This document shows, piece after piece, positions 28,570 to 36,549 of a stretch of 64,000 nucleotides of DNA. A model generated the notes under the pieces. That model was not told the origin of the DNA. It searched no databases and saw only the letters and a list, made by a program, of their open reading frames with translations. Every line of letters starts with the position of its first letter. Position 1 is the first letter of the stretch. The position numbers and the translations under genes are program-made. The stretch is from Alphaproteobacteria bacterium (GTDB lineage Bacteria; Pseudomonadota; Alphaproteobacteria; Bin95), in contig OZ253490.1 in the NCBI GenBank assembly GCA_965261985.1, positions 4,139,121-4,203,120 on the forward strand. Reading direction: 5' to 3'.

Positions 28570-30417
28570 TCAACCACACGCGTCCGCATCGGTCACCGCC
28601 ATGAACAGTGGAGTCCGAAGTTCATTTCTCTCGATCATCGCGCGCATCTCGTCTAGATCCTCCTCGAAGGCACTCATGTTGACTTGAAGATAGCGCCAGC
28701 AACTGAACTCCGGTCGTCCGCGAAGGGCTGTCGCTGATCGATGCGCCCGGCTCAAGCGGTCCAAGGCCTTATCGATTTTCCCAACTGCCCAATAGGCTAT
28801 CGCCATGCACTGAAGATAGTTGGCAGTCTCTTCGCTTCCCTCCCCCGACTCATCGGTCTCCACTGCTCGCTCAAATGCCTCTCTTTCGATGGCCCCACCC
28901 CTCCCCCAAACTGCCATTCCATAGTTGAATGCTTCCACGATCCCCATCTCCGCGATACTGGAGCCCTCCTCTCGAAAGCATTTCTCGGCCTCCTCGCATC
29001 TACCAAGGCCCATGTATGACAACCCAAGACCGTGTCTGGCCCTATCACGCATGTCAGGCTGAATATCGGTTGACGCAACAATCTCTTCCCATAACGCTAT
29101 TGCAATCAACAGATCTTCTTGAAAACGATTGAATGTGCCGGCCAACCAGTATTTTCCATGAAGGTCCAGCGAGATGACCGCGCGTGACTTTACAAACCGC
29201 TGTATTTCATATTTTTCCAATCGCACCAAACGCCGGACCGCTTCCCTGACCATGGGGGGGGCAATATATTCTGCCGCCAACACGCACCACGCATCATCCG
29301 CCGCTCCGTCCAATTCACCATTGTCCGTGCGGAACCGCGATCGTTTCAGAAACGCTTCCGGCCGATCATATCCACAGTAAATTGCTTGATTGATTAGTTG
29401 CGCCGCTGATTCAGGCTGGCGATCAGATTCCTTAAGCTCAGCAAGACGAAACAGGACCTCTCCATCATCTTGATGGGCTTGCTCAATCTTCGTAAGTCTC
29501 TCATCCCTTGTGAGTATGGAGTCATCTTCCAACCATTGCCCTCGCTCCCCCGCGCGCTCGATATATTCGAGTGCACCATCCCTATCATTCCAGTTTCTAG
29601 TTGATATCTCTTGTGCAATTTGGCTGTATTCATGTGCTAGGCGACTTCTGGGGCGGTCCTTCGAAAATACTACTTGGTTCAAAAGGGAGAGAGAGTCGTA
29701 GCGATGCACAACCATGGGGTCCCGCGGAAAACCGAGTTGTTGTTGAAATGCTAATATCTTGTCCTTCAGAATTTGATCTTCGTCGTCTAAGTCCGGTACA
29801 TTTGACATTACGAAGTGCAGGGCTATATTCTTATTTCTTGGCTCATCGGCCTCAGCACGAATATCACGGACCACTTGTATCAAACCGCGAAGATTCTGTT
29901 CGTTGGGAAAAAATAGAATGACTACTGAATCGGGAAGTTGTCGTGTACAAATTCCACTGGAATCCGTATGACCAGTGCGGGAGTCTATCAAGACATAGTC
30001 CGGTTTAATAACCTGTTTCCATTGGTGTTTTACGTCTTCAAATAACAAATATCCGTCACGCTTCTCGTATAAGTCAATCCAGTCGACTTGCCCCAATGTT
30101 GCAGCGTAAGTGTCTGTTAGACCGGAACGCATGAGCCATATTTTTCCGTCTCCAGTACCGATTTCGGGGCAGTCTCCTATATAACTAGAAACATCAGGCG
30201 CTTTGCCGGTTTTCACATATTCAGCCACGAAATCAATTATTCCCGGAATTTCTTCTTTGGGTCGCAGGATGTCGAAGGTATCTAGTCCAGGTGCTTCAAT
30301 GTCGAAATCAACAACAAGTACGTTGCGTCCGCGCAGGGCGAGGGTGACGGCCGTATTTACGAGAGCCATTGTGCGGCCTACACCACCCTTGAAGGAGTAG
30401 AACGTCGTAATGTACAT
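28570..30417 (-). CDS. KGGVGR-motif ParA/MinD-like (SIMIBI) ATPase fused to C-terminal TPR-like repeats
   Basis: From the ATG at 30417, 5 nt after the antitoxin stop: MYITTFYSFKGGVGRTMALVNTAVTLALRGRNVLVVDFDIEAPGL (deviant Walker A). YVLIDSRTGHTDSSG is Walker-B-like. The C-terminal half has helical repeats (GLGLSYMGLGRCEEAEKCF; ANYLQCMAIAYWAVGKIDKALDRL). GC is low. Confidence 0.8.
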   Translation of the reverse strand: MYITTFYSFKGGVGRTMALVNTAVTLALRGRNVLVVDFDIEAPGLDTFDILRPKEEIPGIIDFVAEYVKTGKAPDVSSYIGDCPEIGTGDGKIWLMRSGLTDTYAATLGQVDWIDLYEKRDGYLLFEDVKHQWKQVIKPDYVLIDSRTGHTDSSGICTRQLPDSVVILFFPNEQNLRGLIQVVRDIRAEADEPRNKNIALHFVMSNVPDLDDEDQILKDKILAFQQQLGFPRDPMVVHRYDSLSLLNQVVFSKDRPRSRLAHEYSQIAQEISTRNWNDRDGALEYIERAGERGQWLEDDSILTRDERLTKIEQAHQDDGEVLFRLAELKESDRQPESAAQLINQAIYCGYDRPEAFLKRSRFRTDNGELDGAADDAWCVLAAEYIAPPMVREAVRRLVRLEKYEIQRFVKSRAVISLDLHGKYWLAGTFNRFQEDLLIAIALWEEIVASTDIQPDMRDRARHGLGLSYMGLGRCEEAEKCFREEGSSIAEMGIVEAFNYGMAVWGRGGAIEREAFERAVETDESGEGSEETANYLQCMAIAYWAVGKIDKALDRLSRAHRSATALRGRPEFSCWRYLQVNMSAFEEDLDEMRAMIERNELRTPLFMAVTDADACG

Positions 30418-30422
30418 ATTCG

Positions 30423-31007
30423 TCACGCGACCCGACGTAAGTGGAAAGCCTGCTGTTCCATCCGCAGGGTAGTTGTCACTTTCACAGCTCGGAATTTGTT
30501 GTCCGCCGTAACTGCCGCACTTGTTTCGGAGAGTTTGGGCACTACGAATTCCTCGAGCCTCGCCATGATCTCTGGACACGCAAGCAGGCGAAGATATCGG
30601 TCGTTGGCATATGACTGGATAGATAGACCATTTTCCCACCGGTTTAGCGATGCTTCGCCAAGCCCTGTTACATGGGCAAAGGTGGCCCGCGTCATCCCAT
30701 AGTGCTCTCTGATATGCCGAATCTTGTCAGGCGGCAGAACGCCCAGATGATCGCAGACCGCTGTGTGCTTGAGTCGTTCCGCCGTATCATCCAGATATTC
30801 GAATTCGCACATGCCGCACTGATGCACTGGCACTCGCACCTGCAACTCGACCGAGGCGTCCCCGGAACCATAATCGAACGCGTGAAGATTCCATGTGGTC
30901 GTTATACTTTCTTGACCGCACATCGGACAAGAAGGCACCGACTGCACAACCCGCATTTGTGTCCGCGGATGAGCTGGCTGGTGAGTGTTCGAGCCTCTCG
31001 GATCCAT
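30423..31007 (-). CDS. MqsA-type antitoxin: N-terminal Zn-ribbon + XRE-type HTH, with 40-aa C-terminal tail
   Basis: The Cys pairs CPMCG (C27/C30) and CGMCEFEY (C64/C67) are followed by the HTH IRHIREHYGMTRATFAHVTGLGEASLNRWENG. The architecture matches E. coli MqsA as I recall it. The start is uncertain, with an alternative Met18 at 30956. Confidence 0.75.
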   Translation of the reverse strand: MDPRGSNTHQPAHPRTQMRVVQSVPSCPMCGQESITTTWNLHAFDYGSGDASVELQVRVPVHQCGMCEFEYLDDTAERLKHTAVCDHLGVLPPDKIRHIREHYGMTRATFAHVTGLGEASLNRWENGLSIQSYANDRYLRLLACPEIMARLEEFVVPKLSETSAAVTADNKFRAVKVTTTLRMEQQAFHLRRVA

Positions 31008-31019
31008 CTCCTGGCTTTC

Positions 31020-31379
31020 TCAATCTCTCCGTTCGGAATAGTGGAAGCTGCGTCCGATGATCTTTCCCGATCTTAGCTGCAGCTTGACGTAGAGCTGTGC
31101 TCGGCCTGGCTCGAGGTCGATCTTCATCACGTATCCGGTGGCCCCTTTCGGCTTGTGCAGCTCCACTATCTCAATCGGGTGCCCGTCTTCGAGCCGTGTC
31201 GCGATGAGTTCCCATGCCGCAGCATCTGTGAAATGGGTATCGAGCACCCCTTCCGGGTTCCGTACCTGTCCTGGACGCCAGTCCGTCGGACGCTCAGTGC
31301 TGAACGCTGTCACGCGGGCATGGCTCCTTCGTGCGAGGAGAGCCAATTGACGTCTAGTCGATTCGCTCGGCACCGTCAT
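31020..31379 (-). CDS. Toxin candidate (position and C-terminal pattern reminiscent of MqsR/RelE-fold RNases)
   Basis: This is the 119-aa first gene of the operon, and the toxin-first order matches mqsRA. The C-terminal GYVMKIDLEPGRAQLYVKLQLRSGKIIGRSFHYSE resembles the MqsR C-terminal strands (..QVYLKFTVIHDVLIVSFKEK, from memory). There is no secure motif match. Confidence 0.4.
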   Translation of the reverse strand: MTVPSESTRRQLALLARRSHARVTAFSTERPTDWRPGQVRNPEGVLDTHFTDAAAWELIATRLEDGHPIEIVELHKPKGATGYVMKIDLEPGRAQLYVKLQLRSGKIIGRSFHYSERRD

Positions 31380-31403
31380 TGGCCCGAACCCTCGCCTCTT
31401 TCA

Positions 31404-31432
31404 ATCATATGAGGCGTCAAATCGGATTTCAA
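31404..31432 (-). promoter_or_regulatory. Candidate sigma70-type promoter of the three-gene operon
   Basis: On the minus strand, TTGAAA (31432-31427), then 17 nt, then TATGAT (31409-31404), about 25 nt upstream of the ATG at 31379. The inverted repeat AAATC-C-GATTT lies in the spacer. CCCGAACC occurs at 31383-31390 and 31441-31448. Confidence 0.45.
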
Positions 31433-31518
31433 GCCATGATCCCGAACCGAATCTGGCAAATACCGCTTCACATGGCATCATTTGATTTGATCGGCCTCTT
31501 GTCGATAGACGGCCTGCG

Positions 31519-32641
31519 TCAGCCCTTGTCGGCTGCCCGGTCCGCGCCGACCTGGGCGGCGAGCGCCGCGCTCAGGAAGTCGTCGATATTCCCGTCCAGA
31601 ACGCCTTGGGCGTTTCCCTTCTCCACGCCGGTGCGCAGGTCCTTCACCATCTGGTATGGCTGCAGGACATAGGAACGGATCTGGTTGCCCCAGCCGATAT
31701 CCGCTTTCGCAGCCTGCTCCGCCTGCGCTTCGGCCTCGCGCCGCTGGAGTTCGTGCTCGTAGAGCCGCGCCTTCAGCATGGCCATGGCCGTCGCCCGGTT
31801 GCGGTGCTGCGAGCGGTCGTTCTGGCACTGGACAACGATATTGGTCGGGAGATGCGTGATCCTGACGGCGCTCTCGGTCTTGTTGACATGCTGCCCGCCG
31901 GCGCCTGACGCCCGATAGACATCGACCCTGAGCTCGCTCTCGTCGATCTCGATCTCGATGCGGTCGTCCACCACCGGATAGACCCAGGCGGAGGCAAAGC
32001 TGGTGTGGCGGCGCGACTGGCTGTCGAAGGGCGAGATGCGGACCAGGCGATGGACGCCGCTCTCCGTCTTCAGCCAGCCATAGGCGTTGTCGCCCTCGAT
32101 GCGCACGGACGCGGACTTGATGCCCGCTTCCTCGCCGGGGCTTTCTTCAATCCATTCCAGCTTGTAACCGCCGGCATCGGCCCAGCGCACATACATGCGC
32201 AACAGCATCTGCGCCCAGTCCTGGGCCTCCGTGCCGCCCGCGCCGGCATTGACTTCCAGGTAGCAATCGTTGCCGTCGGCCTCGCCGGAAAGCAGGCTCT
32301 CCAGCCGGCGGCGGCTCGCCAGTTCCCGAACCGACTCAAGTTCGGCTTCGGCCTCGTCCAGCGCCCCCTGGTCCCCTTCCGCCTCGCCGAGTTCGTAGAG
32401 CGTGAGCGCATCGTCCAGCGCGGTTTCGAGCGCGCGGTAGCCTTCCAGCCCGGCGGCCAGGCGTGTCCGATCGCGCATGACCTCCTGGGCGCGCGCCGGA
32501 TCGTTCCAGAGTTCGGGCGTTTCCGCCTCGGCGTTCAGGACCTCCAGCCGCGCCAGCGACGCATCCCAGTCAAAGATGCCTCCGGATCAGGACAAGGCTG
32601 TCGCGGATGTCATCCACCAGGGCCTGCGCTTCTGCACGCAT
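31519..32641 (-). CDS. prfB: Peptide chain release factor 2, requires programmed +1 frameshift
   Basis: The ATG at 32641 opens 23 codons ([23 protein letters not shown]) that end in TGA within CTT TGA C. The +1 frame continues [35 protein letters not shown] into ORF 31519-32478. SPF (RISPFDSQ) and GGQ ([10 protein letters not shown]) motifs are present. Confidence 0.9.
32569..32575 (-). other. prfB +1 programmed frameshift site CTTTGAC with upstream internal SD GGAGG
   Basis: The minus strand reads CGGAGGCATCTTTGACTGG. This is the canonical RF2 autoregulatory site. Confidence 0.85.
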
Positions 32642-32671
32642 CGAACAGTCTCCAACGAAGCCAGAATCGCT

Positions 32672-35086
32672 TCAATATATACCGGAAATCCGCTCGCCGC
32701 TTCCCGCCGGCAGGCGGCCGGGGTCCCCGGGACGCGGCTCGGTGCCGGGCTTGAAGGCCTCCAGGATGATATCGGCCTCGCCGGGTCCTGCCGGCTTGCC
32801 GCTGGTGCGGCCCATACGCAGAAACGACATGCCCGGCGGGATCCGGAACGGCGCTGCCGGCGCCTTGTCGAGCGCCTCGCGCATGAAGGCGCCGAACACC
32901 GGCGCTGCCACCGACGAGCCCGTCTCCGCGTGGCCGAGCGTGCGCGGACGGTCGAAGCCGACATACACCCCCAAGGCCAAATCGGAAGCGAAGCCCACGA
33001 ACCACGCATCGACATAGTCGCTGGTCGTGCCCGTCTTTCCGGCAAGCGGCTTGCCGATCGCCCGCAGCCGGCGGCCGGTTCCGCGCAGCACGACGCCTTC
33101 CAGCATGGACACCACCTGATAGACGCTCTGGGGGTCCGCGATCCGCTCGCGCGGATCCGGCGGGTACGGCACCTTCGGACCGAGCTCGTCGAGCGCATCG
33201 CAGCCCGCGCATGTCCGCCGCTCGCGGCGGAAAACCGTGCGCCCGTGGCGGTCCTGTACGCGGTCGACGATCGTCGGCGAGATGCGGCGGCCGCTATTTG
33301 CAAGCATGGCATAGGCGGCCGTCATCCGGGACAGGGTCGTTTCGCCCGCCCCGAGCGACATCGACAGCACCTCCGGCATCTCCTGCTGGATGCCGAACCG
33401 GCCCGCGACAGCGGCGACTTCGTTCATGCCGACGGCTTGCGCAAGGCGCACGGTCATCAGGTTGCGGGACTTCTCGACGCCGATTCGCATCGGCACGATC
33501 CCGTGGAAGGAGCCGGAGTAGTTTCGCGGCCGCCAGAGCCCGAGATCCCCGCCCTGGTCGATAACGATCGGCATGTCGGCGAGCAGGGTTGCCGGCGTGT
33601 AGCCCTCCTGGAGGGCCGCCAGGTAAACGAAAGGCTTGAAAGCCGATCCAGGCTGGCGCATCGCCTGGGTCGCACGGTTGAATTCGCTGCGCTCCGCATC
33701 GTAGCCGCCGACCATGGCGAGCACATGCCCCGTATGCGGGTCCATCGCTATCAACGCGCCTTCGATCTCCGGGATCTGGCGAAGCGCCCATGTGCCGTCG
33801 GGGTAAGCGCCGCCCGGCCCCGCCCGGACCCGTTCGACCGCAATCAGGTCTCCGGCCTTCAGGACCTCATGCATGCGCTTGGGCGCCGCACCGACCTTCT
33901 GTTTGGGAAGCGAGCGCCTCGCCCATTTGGCCTCCGCCAGCGGGATGCGCCCGGCGCTGCCGTCCTTCAGGAGAATGGCGGCGGCGTCTGCCGAAACGCC
34001 GGCAACCGCGGCAAGGCGATAGGGGCTGAGCCCCGGCGGCTCCGGCGCCGACCTCAGCGCCGCGGCAAGATCGTCCTTGTCCAGGCGAGCGAGGGGGCCG
34101 CGCCAGCCGTGGCGGCGGTCGTAGCCCTGAAGGCCGGAACGCAAGGCACGCTCCCCGATCCGCTGCAGCTTGGGGTCTATGGTGGTGCGCACGGAAAGGC
34201 CGCCGGAATAAAGCTTCTCCTGGCCGAAGACCTCCATCAGCTCCCGTCGCACTTCCTCCGAAAACCACTCGGCCTCGAAAAACTCCGTCGCACCGCGCGA
34301 GCGGACCTCCAACGGCGAGGCGGTGGCTTCCTCGGCCTCCACCGGCGATATGCGCCCGTCTTCCAGCATCCGCCGGACCACCCAGTCGCGGCGCGCGACG
34401 GCCTGTGCGCGGCGCCGGACGGGGTGATAGTTGTTGGGCGCCTTGGGCAGGGCGGCAAGGAAGGCCGCTTCGGCAATCGTCAGGTCGTCGAGCGACCTGT
34501 TGAAATAGTTGAGCGCCGCCGCCGCGACACCGTAGGAGCCGTAGCCCAGGTAAATCTGGTTCAGGTACAGTTCGAGAATGGCGTCCTTGGGCAGCGCCTT
34601 TTCGAGCCGGAAGGCCAGGATCGCCTCCTTGATCTTCCGCTCGACGGAGACCTCCGCGCTCAGCAGGAAGTTCTTGGCGACCTGCTGCGTGATCGTCGAT
34701 CCGCCCACCGGCCGGCGCGCCGACTCGGAAAGCTTGCTGCGAATATTTGTATAGACGGCGCGAAACAGACCGACCGGATCGAGGCCGGCATGGTCGTAGA
34801 AGGTCTTGTCCTCGGCGGCCAGGAACGCATCGACGACCCGCTTCGGGATCGCCTCGACCGGGACGAACAGACGGTGCTCCACGGCGAACTCCGCCAGCAG
34901 CCGGCCGTCGCCGGCATGGACCCGGGTCGCGACCGGCGGTTCATAGGTCGCAAGCCAGCCATAGACCGGGAGGCCGCGGGCGAAATGGTCCACCACGAAC
35001 AGGCCAGCGATGCCGCCCAGCACCGTGCCCGTGGCGGCAAACCAGAAGAAGAAGCGCAACAGACGTCTCATTAGACCGAGAAACAA
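32672..35086 (-). CDS. mrcA: Penicillin-binding protein 1A (bifunctional glycosyltransferase/transpeptidase)
   Basis: GT51 motifs are AAEDKTFYDHAGLD, GGSTITQQVAKN and RKIKEAILAFRLE. The transpeptidase SxxK motif is QPGSAFKPFVY. Confidence 0.9.
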   Translation of the reverse strand: MFLGLMRRLLRFFFWFAATGTVLGGIAGLFVVDHFARGLPVYGWLATYEPPVATRVHAGDGRLLAEFAVEHRLFVPVEAIPKRVVDAFLAAEDKTFYDHAGLDPVGLFRAVYTNIRSKLSESARRPVGGSTITQQVAKNFLLSAEVSVERKIKEAILAFRLEKALPKDAILELYLNQIYLGYGSYGVAAAALNYFNRSLDDLTIAEAAFLAALPKAPNNYHPVRRRAQAVARRDWVVRRMLEDGRISPVEAEEATASPLEVRSRGATEFFEAEWFSEEVRRELMEVFGQEKLYSGGLSVRTTIDPKLQRIGERALRSGLQGYDRRHGWRGPLARLDKDDLAAALRSAPEPPGLSPYRLAAVAGVSADAAAILLKDGSAGRIPLAEAKWARRSLPKQKVGAAPKRMHEVLKAGDLIAVERVRAGPGGAYPDGTWALRQIPEIEGALIAMDPHTGHVLAMVGGYDAERSEFNRATQAMRQPGSAFKPFVYLAALQEGYTPATLLADMPIVIDQGGDLGLWRPRNYSGSFHGIVPMRIGVEKSRNLMTVRLAQAVGMNEVAAVAGRFGIQQEMPEVLSMSLGAGETTLSRMTAAYAMLANSGRRISPTIVDRVQDRHGRTVFRRERRTCAGCDALDELGPKVPYPPDPRERIADPQSVYQVVSMLEGVVLRGTGRRLRAIGKPLAGKTGTTSDYVDAWFVGFASDLALGVYVGFDRPRTLGHAETGSSVAAPVFGAFMREALDKAPAAPFRIPPGMSFLRMGRTSGKPAGPGEADIILEAFKPGTEPRPGDPGRLPAGSGERISGIY

Positions 35087-35111
35087 ACCAATATCGTGGC
35101 AAAATCAAGGC

Positions 35112-36296
35112 TCACCCGCCCCGCGCGGCAAAGTAGTGCGCCAGCGCGGTCTCGATGGCGTCGGCCACCTCTTCGCGCGTCGCGGGCTGCCTGAGGCGCC
35201 GCTCGTCGGACGGGCTCGACAGGAAGCCCAATTCGATCAGCACGGACGGCACTTTCGGCGACTTCAGCACCCGGAAGGCGGCGGACCGGCGAGGGCGGCG
35301 CAACAAGGGTACGCGGGCCTCCAGTTCGGAAAGGAGCAGCTGCGCGAACTCCACCGAACGGTTGGTGGCGCTGCGCTGCTGCATGTCGATCAGGTGGCCG
35401 GCGACATCCGCGTCCCCGCCGAATTCGAGGCCGGCGATCAGGTCGGTCTTGTTCTCCTGCGCCGCCAGCTCGCTCGCGAGCCTGTCGGAGCCCCTCTTCG
35501 AGAGCGTGTAGAGCGACGCGCCGCGGGCCGTGGGGCGCGCCACTGAGTCGGCGTGCAGCGAAATGAACAGGTCGGCGCGCGCCGCCTGCCCGATGGCGAC
35601 GCGCTTGCGCAGCGGCAGGAACCGGTCGTCATTGCGCGTCAGGCGGATATTGTATTTCCCGCTCGCCGCCAGGCGAAGCGCCAGGGTCGCGGCGAATGCG
35701 AGCACGACCGTCTTTTCGTGAACGCCGCTGCAGCCGATGGCTCCCGGATCGACGCCGCCATGGCCGGGGTCGATCACGACGGTCGGCCTCTCCAGGTCCG
35801 GTGGCAGCCGGGGCACGGGCACGACCGGGCGGCTGGCCTCGGGCGCGAGGCTCCCGAAGCTCGCGCCTGCCGGGTCTCCGGCGCGGAGCGGCGCCAGGTC
35901 GATCACGAGTCGGTGCCCCCGGCCGTGCGAGGGAGCCCAGACGCTGGCCGCCTGGATTCGCATCGGCGCCTCGAGGTCCAGCACCAGGCGCCATGTGCCC
36001 TCGTCGAACGCGCCCGCCCGAAGTCCGGCGATCGGGCCGGCACGGCGCGTCGGCAGCTCCGGAGCCCGGGCGGGCGAACGCAGGGCGACGACCGCGCGGT
36101 CGGGGTCGCGAAGTGTGAAGGCGCGGAACGGCGTATTCGCCGACAGGTCCAGCACAAGGCGTGCACCCTCGCCCCACGCGGCCAGGCGCATGCCCTCGAT
36201 CTCGAACGCCTCGGCCTGGCCCGCGCCGAGAGCAAGCAACAGCAGGGCCCGGATTAGCGATTGCCGCCACACGGTTATCGGGCTAATGTAGCGCAC
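35112..36296 (-). CDS. N-acetylmuramoyl-L-alanine amidase (AmiC-like, N-terminal AMIN-type domain)
   Basis: A signal peptide and an AMIN-like region (RLVLDLS...) are followed by the Amidase_3 core VVIDPGHGGVDPGA...DLFISLHAD. Confidence 0.85.
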   Translation of the reverse strand: MRYISPITVWRQSLIRALLLLALGAGQAEAFEIEGMRLAAWGEGARLVLDLSANTPFRAFTLRDPDRAVVALRSPARAPELPTRRAGPIAGLRAGAFDEGTWRLVLDLEAPMRIQAASVWAPSHGRGHRLVIDLAPLRAGDPAGASFGSLAPEASRPVVPVPRLPPDLERPTVVIDPGHGGVDPGAIGCSGVHEKTVVLAFAATLALRLAASGKYNIRLTRNDDRFLPLRKRVAIGQAARADLFISLHADSVARPTARGASLYTLSKRGSDRLASELAAQENKTDLIAGLEFGGDADVAGHLIDMQQRSATNRSVEFAQLLLSELEARVPLLRRPRRSAAFRVLKSPKVPSVLIELGFLSSPSDERRLRQPATREEVADAIETALAHYFAARGG

Positions 36297-36549
36297 GTTT
36301 GCTAGTCTGCGTTCCTTTTGCCGCGTGGGCTATTCCTGTCGCCATCCGAATAACTTTTTCGTTTGCGCCGCCAGTGAAAGTCCGGCCGGCCGGGGTCTAC
36401 ACGGATTGGCAATGAGCGTTCAATGTCCCATCCACGGCGCGCCCGGGCGGCTGAGCCCGCGCGATCGGAGGCCATGTCGATGACTGTCTTGTGCCTGCCG
36501 GATCGCTGCCCCCGCCGCGGCGCCGCCGCATTCCCGGAGCCCTACCTTA

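Noticed and set aside
36297-36549. The rne leader as a structured autoregulatory 5' UTR.
   Set aside because: This is plausible from E. coli biology. However, I could not identify a convincing conserved hairpin or promoter by eye, so it is not reported as a feature.
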